A stretch of DNA of 64,000 bases, taken from NCBI RefSeq assembly GCF_035084215.1, contig NW_027139247.1, positions 434,001 through 498,000 on the forward strand, read 5' to 3'. Under the pieces are notes generated by a model. That model did not search any database. It had not been told where the DNA came from and worked only from the letters and a program-made list of their open reading frames with translations. The DNA is from Heptranchias perlo. Taxonomy: Eukaryota. Shown one piece after another: positions 13,211 through 26,200 of this stretch; within the stretch, counting starts at the first letter, position 1, and every line of letters starts with the position of its first letter. A program made the position numbers and the translations under genes.

Positions 13211-13624
13211 TAGATGGACTATATAGAAAAAATAGATCTGCGCACACTGCCGGTCAACTTTTTATCCATTCCAAATTCTCTAAACTCCCACGTCAACATG
13301 TTTTATGGAAACTGCCAGTGTAAAATTGTTACACGGGAATGACACCCTCTCCCCAGTGGTGATGCTGCACTGAACTGGGTGCATTTGCAGCATGGTGAAT
13401 TTGCATAGGCAGTGCGCGTAACAAAATGGGAACGTAGAAATTTATCATAGAAGGACAGAATGTATGACTGTCAAATGGAAGCCACATTGTACCCCGGACA
13501 GTTATTCCTACTCCCTGACACCGCTTCACCTGAACACCACGCTTGGCCTTCAATCTCCGTGTGCAAGGTCAGGGAAGATTAACTTGTAACTGTCCAAATC
13601 TACTTTGCATGGTACCAGCAGTTG

Positions 13625-13630
13625 TATGTG

Positions 13631-13661
<31 letters not shown>

Positions 13662-13695
13662 ATGTGTATATGTGTGTGTGTATATGTGTGTGTAT
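13625..13695. repeat. (TG/TA)n microsatellite
   Basis: Directly visible. Confidence 0.95.
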
Positions 13696-14299
13696 GGAGC
13701 CGCCTTCCCACACTGTGTGGGAGAGAGACTTCCTCTATGCTGAGCAGCAAAATCGTAAACACATCTACAAAGAACTTGGTTGGTATTTCTCCACTCAGAG
13801 CGCGGACAGGAATTCTCCACGCTGGTGTCCTGCGACTGCCAGGAGGAAAGGATTAACCAATTCTCTGCTTTCTCACACGTCCTGCCGGCTGATTCAGTGG
13901 AATGTTTTCCCCAGTACCTCACATGGTAATGTTACCTCCATAGATTTATATTTCGACATCATGGAGATTAGATCACACCAGCAAGTTATTGGTGGTGCCA
14001 CTAGAACGGATGTGCTCATGTTCTAGATTAATATTTACCTCAAATAATTTTGATTCCAATTACCTACTCTGCAGTGCAAATACCATGAGGAGCCCAGGAT
14101 ACTTTTACAATGGAGGATGTGGTTGCTGAAGGCCTATTATTTCAGCTCCAGGACATTGCCGTTCCTTCTCCAGACTTAATATGAAAATTGGTCACTTCAA
14201 TGAGGTGCCTTATTGTCCCCTCCACCGACAGCGCAGTAGCCCAACTTGGGATCTCATTTTTGAAATTATTATTTTAACTCACTGTATAATAATTCATAC

Positions 14300-14664
14300 T
14301 TGCTCTATAGACTCACTGCGCCCTCCGGTAGTGAGAAACGCTGGGTTAAATGCCGAGGAGAATCCCAGCAAATTAGGCAGACAGGGGGTCTTATCCTCCT
14401 TTCAGAAAAGCTTCAGTCTTCCGCCTTGTTCCTCGTCGGTCAGACCCGTCCCTTTCTGCTCCTGTTTGACTGCTTGGGTTTTGTCCGCCAGACTTGCTAA
14501 GGCCCTGTTGACTTTAAGGCCCATTTGGGGAAACGCCTCTGGACAGAACATCATGTCTGGAACGTGCAGTGTCCACACCTCTGTCACTGGCTGATTATCA
14601 GTCCAACACACAGCGGGCAGATTCAATCCTCCGTCAAGTTTGCAGAACGTTTCGTAGCGACCAT
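14300..14664 (-). pseudogene. Decayed TRIM exon 1 (RING + B-box relic)
   Basis: ATG at 14664: MVATKRSANLTED*ICPLC.../PVT./CGH.../CPEAFPQMGLKVNRALASLADK...EEQGGRLKLF*KEDKT/VCLICWDSPRH..RF; colinear with 42126-42545 but with several stops, frameshifts and lost Zn ligands. Confidence 0.8.
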
Positions 14665-14687
14665 CTTGACCGACCTGCTGGGATTTT

Positions 14688-14699
14688 GGTTTCAGTTTC
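14688..14699 (-). promoter_or_regulatory. ISRE/IRF-binding element upstream of the decayed TRIM
   Basis: GGTTTCAGTTTC (+) = GAAACTGAAACC (-), matching GAAANNGAAA, about 24 bp upstream of the ATG. Confidence 0.55.
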
Positions 14700-14884
14700 T
14701 AGTGCCCATTTTACGACTCACCTCGGCAGGCTCATTGAAAACCTTTCCTGTAACAAGCATTCGCATTATATCGGGTGCACAACACCGCACATCTGTGCGA
14801 AATGATCTCGGGTTGTTACCCACACTAAACTGGCAGGGCAGAACCGGGAGGGCTCGATCTGACTCCCCGCAGAGGATAGTTACA

Positions 14885-15505
14885 GAGTGTATGGCTACGA
14901 GAGCAGGTCAGAGGCTGGGTATTCTGCGGCGAGTGACTCACCTCCTGACTCCCCAAAGCCTTTCCACCATCTACAAGGCACAAGTCAGGAGTGTGATGGA
15001 ATACTCTCCACTTGCCTGGATGAGTGCAGCTCCAACAACACTCAAGAAGCTCGACACCATCCAGGACAAAGCAGCCCGCTGGATTGGCACCGCATCCACC
15101 ACCCTAAACATTCACTCCCTTCACCACCGGCGCACCGTGGCTGCAGTGTGTACCATCCACAGGATGCACTGCAGCAACTCGCCAAGGCTTCTTCGACAGC
15201 ACCTCCCAAACCCGCGACCTCTACCACCTAGAAGGACAAGAGCAGCAGGCACATGGGAACAACACCACCTGCACATTCCCCTCCAAGTCACACACCATCC
15301 CGACTTGGAAATATATCGCCGTTCCTTCATCGTCGCTGGGTCAAAATCCTGGAACTCCCTTCCTAACAGCACTGTGGGAGAACCTTCACCACACGGACTG
15401 CAGCAGTTCAAGAAGGCGGCTCACCACCACCTTCTCAAGGGCAATTAGGGATGGGCAATAAATGCCGGCCTTGCCAGCGACGCCCACATCCCATGAACGA
15501 ATTTT
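14885..15505 (+). mobile_element. CR1/L2-group non-LTR 3' fragment (second family)
   Basis: RAGQRLGILRRVTHLLTPQSLSTIYKAQVRSVMEYSPLAW...KSWNSLP...FKKAAHHHL. Confidence 0.88.
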
Positions 15506-16741
15506 TAAAAGAAGTATAATGGGAGCTTGGGTGAACTCAGGCCTAACTCTGCTCCCTCCGTTCTGGAGATGTCTCCGTTGTAGCTTTTCCAGCAAATTTC
15601 CTCATTTGCGATGACAGGCAAAATACACGATGATACTGATCCTCGCGTTATTGCTAGAAGTCGGGTCCTATTGTCAAACAGGTTGTACTAAAATAAGGAT
15701 TACAATTCATCAGGTGAATGTCGTGAGTTTCACTCTTTATTTAAAAACACAGTTACCCCGATGTTAGTAAATGTGTGTGTGTTCTTACTTATAATTTATT
15801 CTCAAATCAATAAAGTTCACAACATTGAATGTCAGATATCACAGATTTATTTAACATATAGTAATTAAACATAAACTTGGCAGTACTTACGACAAAACCT
15901 TGTGAGTTTAGTCGCGGTCTCAAATGTGTTACAGTTCCAAGCTCGTTTTACAGGCTGCAGACCTTCAAATCCCAAGTCTCTGTTCCAACACCCACTTTTT
16001 ATATCTTTTTCGATGTGACAATCCACAAGTTTCTGCATTACCCAATACAACTCCATAAAAGGGGACATTTAATGAGCCTCTTCCCTCGTCCCTGATCGAT
16101 AACTTTAGTTTTAACGAGTTATTTTTTTCTGTCGACCTGAACAACTCCCCAACTTTGTTACCTTATCGATAGTTTCACTCTTGCTGCTATTTTACCAAGT
16201 GAAGCTTTTAATTATAAATCTGTACCATTCCGTACCAATCCCCTGGTTCGGCAAAGGATAGTGTCGTCACAGATGTTTCCTTCTGCAGAACAAACTTGTT
16301 ATTAACTGATTAAAGCTCTCAGGGATATACGCACTGGACTGCCTTTAAATTAGGTTTATTGTCTAAACTGACCATTGTTTTATGGTCAGTTTTAATTCAA
16401 CAATTCACTGGTCACTATAACTAAATTGACTCATAATTCTTTACTTAACAGGCAAAAGCCTTCACTACAATATAAAGGGAAATCAATAGCAGTACATCAG
16501 CAGACCTCAGGATTGTCTGATTAACCCTTTCCTTATATCAATCTACAAGGATACAAACACAGCTTCATATTTTTAAATGGGTTTTAAATCTTTGTCTTTC
16601 TTGCTGAGCAGAACGCACTAGCTGCATGTTTACAGTTCTGGTTTATTTTGTATTTGATTAGAATTTGCAAAATATATAAGATACAGCGGGGAGATCAAGA
16701 TTATTTCTCTTCCCTGGCTGTCACTTCAATAGTTCAAGGTT

Positions 16742-17274
16742 TTACATAGTTAAATGGTGCAATTTAAGGGGCTCAGCATTTTTAAAGCTATCGTTCATAT
16801 GAAGAGAAAAGTAAGGGAAGAGTTTCTCAGTGAATGTGTCAGTGTAAGTAAAGAAATGGGACATATCATGAGCATTGTAAAATGACACCTGTCCTTCCTC
16901 ATAGTCCAGGTAAACTCCGAGAGTCCGGGGTTTCACACTCAATGTAAGAATCTCGTCCGCCACAAACTCATCTCCATTTATCAATGACAGAGACCAATAC
17001 CCGTCTTCACAGAGAAGGCTGATCTCTCCCTTCCTATTGGCTGATTCACTGGCCACACCCACAACCCACGAAGACTTGTCCCCGACCTCCACCTCCCAGT
17101 AATGTTTCCCTGATGTGAATCCCTCTGACCCGAGGACACTGGGACACTTATCGAATCTCTCCGGGTTATCAGGAAGTCGGAGATTCCGCTGGCCAAGTGT
17201 CACGCTGGTCTGGTCCTCAGACAGGATGAGCTGAGGATTTGCCGTGTTTGGGTCAAAGGTCAGTGGTGCTGGCA
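16742..17274 (-). CDS. TRIM exon 6: PRY/SPRY (B30.2) domain
   Basis: [20 protein letters not shown]...[14 protein letters not shown]...[16 protein letters not shown]...LFPYFS; acceptor tacaag, stop TAA at 16742. Confidence 0.96.
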
Positions 17275-20200
17275 CTTGTATGAAATAAAAATAACATAAA
17301 ATTAATCACTCCACACAAACAAGTATGAACATTGGCTATTATTTTATATCCGTGTAATTGCATCCTGCACATAGGTCATCCTTATTTAACTGCAAATACT
17401 ACTTTTCATTCATAAATAAATCTCTCTTTCCTTCACACTACTTGTAGAAATTCAGCAGTGCAAAATGGTCAGATGGGCCGCCCGTTATACGCTCCACCTG
17501 ATATTCAAGTCCATTCACTGCAATGAGCTGTGTGTTTAACAGGTGGCTGATGCCATTCCGCCTGTTTGGTGAGATCGCTCAAGACGGATTTCTTTTGATA
17601 TCAAATTCCTAGATCTTTAATTCACCTTGAATTGACAATGATGCAGTAAAGTGATTTCCTGGAACCCACTACATGAACAGAGCTTGAATTTTGTGACTGG
17701 GAAATGTAGCTCGTAGCATTTTAAACACTGGTGTCGAAATTTGTCTTGGGCTGTGAGCAATATCTCATGGACCGCCCGTTATACACCTTGCCCAGTCTTC
17801 GATCCCATTGAAGACGAAGGAGCTGAATATCGGGTGGGGCGTATAATGGGTGGTCCATGAGATAGCGCCCATTTCGCGCCACAGCTCAAGACAAATTTCT
17901 ACCCCCTATAACGGGCCAGCCTTCTGCAGAGTAAACCTTTGAACAGAGGCTACTTTTCCAAGTAGGCACTGCTTGGGGGAACCTCAGCCACCGGCAGCTA
18001 ATCTGGGGCATCACACCGCGAATTTTGGATACTCAGTACCGGGGGGCAAAGTTCCCGTCCACTGGTGTGGAAAGGGCCAGTAACCAGAGAAAGTACTCTT
18101 CATACACAATCCTCCCTCTTTAAGGGACTGAATTCGCTTTTGTAACTTCAACATTGAAATAAAATATCAGAAGGATGGTCCAAGAAGCATTGAGTTAATT
18201 TGTATCCTCTGACAATTCCAAATTAAACTAGGGAAAACCAGACAAGTATTGTGGGTGTGGAATGCAACGGGTGGTTTATAGGAAAATTGCAGGTGCGCTA
18301 TTGAAGATTTTTCACCATTAATTTCAATGGGCCCAAAATCAGGAGCAATTCCCCCAAGTTGCCTTCTTCAGGGAAGCAATGCCCCTGGTGCTGCACCTCG
18401 GAAAATTCAGCCCAGTATCTTAGTAATGTAATCATAGACCGGGTAAGTTCATTCATGCTAATTCAAACACATCCCGACCATTCTTTGCTTTACATTAAGT
18501 GGGAGCCATATGATAAACAGAAGGTCGTATCTCACCAGGAGAGATGATCTCTTTCATTTCTTTCCACACTGTGTACAGTAAAGGTCCCCCGAACATTCCC
18601 AGTATCAGGTCTCCCAATACCACTGGGTTTTCATCATGTTCTTCAGAAGATCCACTCCCACTTTCTTCATCTTCATCACTTCCCTCACTTTCATTTTCAT
18701 CTTCATCACTTTCCTCTGTCCCCTCACTTTCACTTTCTTCACTCCCAAGATATCTGAATGGGATTTCCAAATAGGTTAATTTCTGAAAATAATACTGCAA
18801 AGCATTATCATTGATTAAAATATGGGTTTAGATCATATACGCACCTTTCTGGCAATCTTTTAATTTCCTGCATACAAAGAAAATTGAAGATGAGAATTGC
18901 ATCGATTTACAAGATAGTTTACATTCTACTTTACAATGTATGTAAATCACTGATGAATACCTTGCAATAAGTCCCACTATGAAATCTGGACAAATGTTTC
19001 TGGTGGTCTGAAACGAGACAACTTAATAGCAGCAAAACACGGTGGGCATATATATAATACATTTTGGCACAAACTCCTTTGCATGTTAATATTTATCTAC
19101 AATATATTAGAAATCCTACATCTGCACTGGCCTCCTGTCTACTAAATTTTATTTTCTACTGTCATGTTTTTGTCACTCTAATTTTCCATTACAAATTCCT
19201 ATGTCCTCATTTTTAATAGAAACTTCCCATGTAAACTAGTCACACAACAATTACACCCTTCTGCCAGTGGTGGCACTGCAGTGCCTCAATTTTGCAAGTC
19301 CCAGTGCCTCAGCCTGTATGATAGAGAAACTCGTAGGCTCCAAACAACTCACTTCTCCTTGTTAAATTGGTCTAATTTGTGTTATTTAACTATAAAGAAT
19401 ATTATTAAATCAAAGTAATGTGTAAAAATAAGGACAGAATATATCATAGAATGGCTATAGAACAGAAGGAGGCCATTCAGCCCATCGAACCCATGCCAGC
19501 TCTTTGCAAGAGCAATCCAGTTAGTCCCATTTCCCCACTCTTTCCCCATACCCTGCAATTTTTTTCCCTTCAAGTATTTATCCAATTCCTTTTTGAAAGC
19601 CCACGATTGAATCTGCTTCCACCAACCTTTCAGGCAGCGCATTCCAGATCATAACTACTCGCTGCAGAAATCAGTTTTCCCCCATGTTGTCTTTGCCAAT
19701 CACCCTAAATCTGTGTCCTCTGGTTCTCGACCCTTCCGCCAATGAGAACAGTTTCTCTTTATTTAATTTATGAAAACCCATCATGATTTTGAACACTTCG
19801 ATCAAATCTCCTCTTAAAATTCTCTGCTGTAAGGAAAACAACCCCAGCTTCTTCAGTCTATCCACGTGACTGAAGTTCCTCATCCCTGGAACCATTCGAG
19901 TAAATCTATTCTGCATCCTCTCTAAGGCCTTCACATCCTTCCTAAAGTGTGGTGCCCAGAACTGGACACAATACTCCAGTTGTGACCAAACTAAAGTGTT
20001 TTATAAAGGTTCAACACAAATTCCTTGCTATTGTATGCTATGCCTCTATTTATAAAGTCCAGGATCCCGTATGCTTTTTTAACCGCTTTCTCAACCTGCC
20101 CTGCCACCTTCAAAGATTTGTGCACATATACCCCCAGATCTCTCTGTTCCTGCACCCCTTTAGAATTGTACCATTTAGTTTTATTGCCTCTCCTCATTCT

Positions 20201-23200
20201 TCCTGCAAAAATGTATCACTTCGCACTTCTCTGCGTTAAATTTTATCTGCCATGTGTCCGCCCATTCCACAAGCCTATCTGTGTCCTCTTGAAGTCTATC
20301 ACTATCCTCCTCACTGTTTACTACCCTTCCAAGTTTTGTGTCATCTGCAAATTTTGAAATTGTGCCCTGTACACCCAAGTCCAAGTCATTAATATATATC
20401 AAAAAAGCAGTGGTCCTGGGACCGACCCCTGGGGAACACCACTGTGCACCTCACTCCAGTCTGAAACACAACCGTTCACCACTACTCTGTTTCCTGTCAC
20501 TTAGCCAGTTTCATATCCATGCTGCCACTGCCCCTTTTATTCCATGGGCTTCAATTTTGCCCACAAGCCTATTTTGTGGAACTTTATCAAACGCCTTTTG
20601 AAAGTCCACATACACCACATCAACCGCATTGCCCATATCAATCCTATCTATTACCTCATCAAAAAACTCAATCAAGTTAGTTAAACATGATTTGCCTTTA
20701 ACAAATCTATGCTGGCTTTCCTTTATTAATCCACACTTGTCCAAGTGGCTATTAATTTTGTACCGGATTATAGTTTCCAAAAGCTTCCCCACCACCAAGG
20801 TTAAACTGACTGGCCTGTAGTTGTCGGGTTTATCCTTACACCCTTTTTTGAACAAGGGTGTAACATTTGCAATTCTCCAGTCCTCTGGCACCACCCCCGT
20901 CTCTACGGATGTTTGGAAGATTATGGCCAGTACCTCCGCAATTTCCATCCTTACTTCCCTCAGCAATCTAGAATGCATCCCATCCAGACCCAGGTGACTT
21001 ATCTACTTTAAGGTCAGCCAGCCTTTCTAGTACCTCCTCTTCATCAATTTTTAGCCCATCCAGTATCTCAACTACCTTCCCTTTTACTGTGACTTTGGCA
21101 GCATCTTCTTCCTTGGTAAAGACAGATACAAAGTATTCATTTAGTACCTCGGCCATGCCCTCTGCCTCCATGCGTGGATCTCCTATTTGGTCCCTAATCG
21201 GCCCCACCCCTCCTTTTACAACCCATTTACTATTTATATGCCTTAAGAAGACTTTTGGATTCCCTTTTATGTTATCCGTCAGTCTATTCTCATACTCTCT
21301 CTTTGCCCCTCTTATTTCCTTTTCACTTCTCCTCTGTACTTTCTATATTCAGCCTGGTTCTCACTTGTATTATCAACCTGACATCTGTCATACATCCTCT
21401 TTCTCTGCTTCATCTTACTCTCAATCTCTTTTGTTATCCAGGGAGCTCTGACTTTGATTGCCCGAACTTTCCCCCTCGTGGGAATGTACCTCGACTGTAC
21501 CCGAACCATCTCCTCTTTAAAGGCCGCCCATTGTTCAATTACAGTTTTGCCTGACAATCTTTGATTCCAATTTACCCGGGTCAGATCCGTTCTCAACCCA
21601 CTGAAATTGGCCCTCCTTCAATTAAGTATTTTCTACTCTAGATTGATCCTTGACCTTTTCCATAACTAATCTAAACCTTATGATATTATGATCAGTGTTC
21701 CCTAAATGTTCCCCCACTGACATTTGGTCCACTTGACCCACCTCATTCCCCAGAACCAAGTCCAGCAATGCCTCCTTCCTCAATGGGCCGGAACTATACT
21801 GATCAAGAAAGTTCTCCTGAACACACTTCAGAAATTCATCCCCCTCTTTGCCCTTTACACTATTACTATCCCAGTCTATATTAGGATAGTTGAAGTCCCC
21901 CATTATCACTACTCTATAGTTCTTGCACCTCTCCGTAACTTCCCTGCAAATTTGCTCATCTATATCCTTCCCACTAGTTGGTGGCCTATACAATACACCC
22001 AGTAGTGTAATGGCGTCTTTATTGTGTCTTAACTGTAACCAAATAAATTCTGTCCTTGACCCCTCCAGGACACCCTCTCTCTCCAGCACTGCAATATTCT
22101 CCTTAATCAATACTGCCCCCCCCGACATCTTTATTTCCTTCCCTATCTTTCCTGATCACCTTATATCCAGGAATATTTAGTCCCCAATCCTGCCATTTTT
22201 TGAGCCAGGTCTCCATTATCGCCAGTACATCATATTCCCATGTGGCTATTTACGCCTGCCTTATTTACCATGATTCGTGCGTTTACACACACGCACTCTA
22301 AACCAATCTTAGACCTTCTCGTATTCTCTCTTAGTCTGATCCCACCTAATACTGTAATATTTCTTACTCTAGTGTAAGAATATTGGAAATAGGGAAAAAT
22401 TGACATCTTTTTCTTAAAGCGAATCCCCATCACGCTCTGCAGGCTGAGCTGAATTGAAAATTGTTAACCTTTGACTAGTGACTGACGTGTGACCCTCCTT
22501 GCTGGACTAGGCAGCTACGTGATGAAAGCGGAACAATAATCCAAAGATAGCAACAAGACCAGAACCATGGTTAGATTACTACACAATGCTACTTTCAAAA
22601 AGGATCTTGTGGTTAAATGAGTAATGTTAAAAAAAAAGCTGATTACCTTGAATTTTTTGAAAAATAACTTTGTTAATCTATAAGTGTCTTGTGAGTATTC
22701 TTCCATATATGGTGTGAGTTTCCTGCCCGAGGTGGGGGGCATAAAAACCCAATGTCTTTTGAGCTCAGGGCAGAGGAATCAGCGAAGACCACCAGCTGTC
22801 GAAAGAACACTCAGCTGTCTGAAGACTATCTGACTACCAGAACAACACCTGACTATCAGAAGGCTACCTTACTGTGGGGAAACTTGAAATGACCATGTCG
22901 CCAACTTAATTACGACCTCTGCCCAGAGATCAAACGGAGTAATGGTTTGATCTTTGTTGTCGAAACATTTGATACCTTTACATGTTTGATTTGACTATTA
23001 ATACATGAGACATTGATTACCAATTGGTGTCACCTCTGAATCTGTTACAAATTGGTGAGCCAGCCAGGACGTGACGAATAAATGTTTTGTGTTGACATGT
23101 GATCAAACATCTAGAGGAAAATATGTTTAAATATCAACAAATTTAATTTGACCACAAAAGGCGTGAATTGTTCAAGTTCCAGAGATGAGGTTTTGTTTAG

Positions 23201-26200
23201 TATAAGTGATCATGGCAAGTGTCCATGAAATGTTGGAAAAGAAACTGAAAAAGAAACGAAAGGGGTCCGAGGAATTAATCTCCAAAATAGTGGAGAAGGA
23301 TGGGGCTTACGAGATGGCCATAGAATGGGTCGAGGAGCAAGTTCGAAATAAAAATATGAAGGTGGGAGTTGGCAAAAGGACCCTTATGTGGGCAGCAAAC
23401 TTGTGGGCACTTAAGAGTGAGGAACGAATGAAACAATTAAAAGAGGAAAATAGGAAACAGTTAGAGGAAATCAAAAGACAGTCAGATGAAAACAAGAGGT
23501 TGAAAGAACGTCTGGTGTCTTGACTATGTTCGCAATTGGTGGCTAAAACTGCAACAGCACAGGGACTACAGAGTCCGAAAATATTACAGAGAGAGATAGA
23601 CTTACAGAGAAAAATGGGAGACCAGAGTCGGAACTCGCTGACTGCAGAGGGGCTTTAAGGGACATTATGTGTCGACCCATAAATTCAGTAGATCACCCAC
23701 GGTGCACGTTAACGATTCAGGAGTTACGGGGCAAATTGGGCCAACAAAGGGCTGTGGTCTCTGCGAGGAGTTATGGGAGGAACAGAAAGTATAAATTGGA
23801 ACCCAGAAAGGGAAGATGAGGTAGATTGGAATGGTCTGGCAGGAGAAATGGGGAATGAGGATCGCCAAGGTTGGGTCTATGACAGTCCTGACTACGGAGG
23901 GCCACCCGTACCTGTAAATATGATCACCACTCCCACCAGGCATAATGGGCAGGGTAACGTGACTAGTACAATACAGGAGGAGAAATCAATTTCCCCTCAC
24001 GAGGCAGAGGCTGTGTCTTGGGAGCTAGGATCCATTAAGGAGGGGGATGCTCCAATAGAGGTGTCTCGCTGAATAAGCTCTTTTAATATAGCCCACCAGG
24101 AACTGTCCGAAATAGATTTTTAAAAATGTAATATGGACTGCCTGCCAACAAATAATTAAGATTTCCCTTAAACCCAATATCTATGTCCCTGCCACCCCAT
24201 TGCAGGAGGTTAAACTCGATATTATGCACATAATTGGTATGGATCAAATTAATGTCATTAGTCAATCCGGACACACCACTCAGGGCCCACAGGAACACCC
24301 ACGAGCCTTTGGAAATAGGTTACGGGACCTGTTTGAGCTGACTCAACCCAGAGGAGTAGGGGCTCCAACCAGAGACTCCGAGGTGTTTAAACAGATATTC
24401 CTGTTTCAGTTACACCCACTGGTGAAGACCGCCCTTGGTGCAAGTGTCAATAAAACGACCCAGTGGGTGGACCTAATCTCTTGGAGGCGGCAATACAGGC
24501 CTGGGGAACCCTAAGGGACTGTACGCCCAAAGCTCCACAGGATAAAACGATATCGGCTGTAGATGGGACCAATAGGTTGGGGCAATAATGGGTGGAATAT
24601 GGTCAACAATAGGCACAATGACAGGGGTTTCTGATATCAGAAAATGGGTCACTACGCCGTGGACTGCCGGAGTAATGTAGTGCCCCTTTGGCAGAGAAAC
24701 AATGAGGGAAATCGGACTGTGACTCTCCAAAAACCGGGAGGCATGGAACAAAAATTAGATAAATAAATAACCCTGCTGACTACCCAACAACAGAAATAGA
24801 CACAACAGTATCAAGAACAGTTGAGTGTTAAGAAAGATAATATATGTACAATGACCCAAGAGGGTGGTGATGGAGACGAGGTCGACCGGGAAGGGTTGGC
24901 AGAGGAGGCTGCAAACTATCGTTCCCCAGACAACACGATGGCAATTACAAGGAGCCAATGCTGAGAATAAGGTCGATTGTGAAGGCTTAGCCGAGGACTG
25001 CGAAATGGAAGTCGCAGAAGTCAAAGAATGATTTAAGCATTCCCAAAGCGTGTTACCGAGTAAAATACCAAAAGGGAGAGAGGCAGTCGTAGAGGTTCTA
25101 GAAAGTGAACAGGAAAGAGACTGGAACTCTCCCCCGGTTCCCGATTACCCCCTTTCTATTCACTATACCCCATCCTTCCAAAAAAAGAGGAGGAGGGAGA
25201 AAACTTTTCAACAGGAGGGCCAATATAAGCCTGATAAATGGTCTTTCCCACATGAGATTTTAAATCGTAACAAAATTGCGTTAAGCAGGAAACATCAGAG
25301 ATTGAAAATGAAGATCAGAGATAAAGGATAGATGATTTAAAACAGGAGGGCAAAAGATGAAAAGGGAAGATTCTGTCTCTCCTACTGTTACAAGCTACTG
25401 GATTTTTCTTTAGTTTTTAGTGTACTGTCTCTTGAAGTGTACTGTCTCTTTAAGTGTGTCGCACTCTGCAGCGTGCAGGCTGCAGCTGGTTTCATTTCCT
25501 CTTCTTTCACAAAACTGAAGCAGCGTTCACCCTTTGTATTCCCGGTCGTTTAATAGAAGCATTTCAAATTGTTGTTTTTTTCCTCAGCATAGTACCACTG
25601 TTAAATGTACAAGAAGGAGTCAAAAGAGTTTGGAGAACTATTACACAATTAAGGGACTATGTCCTATTTTATGTCTGTGAGATTTGAGATCGAAATCCAC
25701 TGTTTTCTTTTCAATTCGGCAAAGTTTCTTTAAATTGAGTTGAAATCTGCCTGAGCACGGAGCTGCTGTGATGAAGCTCGCTCCGCCTCCTTTTCAGTCA
25801 GTACTGCAAAGAAGTTTTAAAATCATGTTGCCTTCCACAGAGTTAGTTCCACATTTGGGACGACTTTGACCTTGTGGTCTACAGCCGTCCAACAGGGGAA
25901 GTTAGTTGGTCACAAAGTACAGAGCGTCCAAGACCACAGACATCAGGTCAAGATTGTGTCGGGTGTTCTACTCAAGTCTCCAAATAAAAGGAGGTTGAAG
26001 AAATAATTCTTTGTGCTTTCTCCACCGGCTGAAGTGAAATGGACAATGTGATATTAATTATATTTATTATTGGGGAGTATAATATGACAGGGTTTTAGAA
26101 ACTGTAAAATGTGCCCTCAGTGAATAAGGTCCAATTTACGCTACTGTGGTAAATGCCCACAAGAGACATGCAGATAAAATGGGAATGAGAGGTAGAGAGT

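Noticed and set aside
14525-15448. 307-aa plus-strand ORF
   Set aside because: Chance fusion of the antisense TRIM pseudogene region with a LINE ORF2 3' fragment.
18726-18737. Perfect IRF site GAAAGTGAAAGT
   Set aside because: Explained by Glu-Ser codons in the acidic TRIM linker; no independent evidence of a regulatory role.
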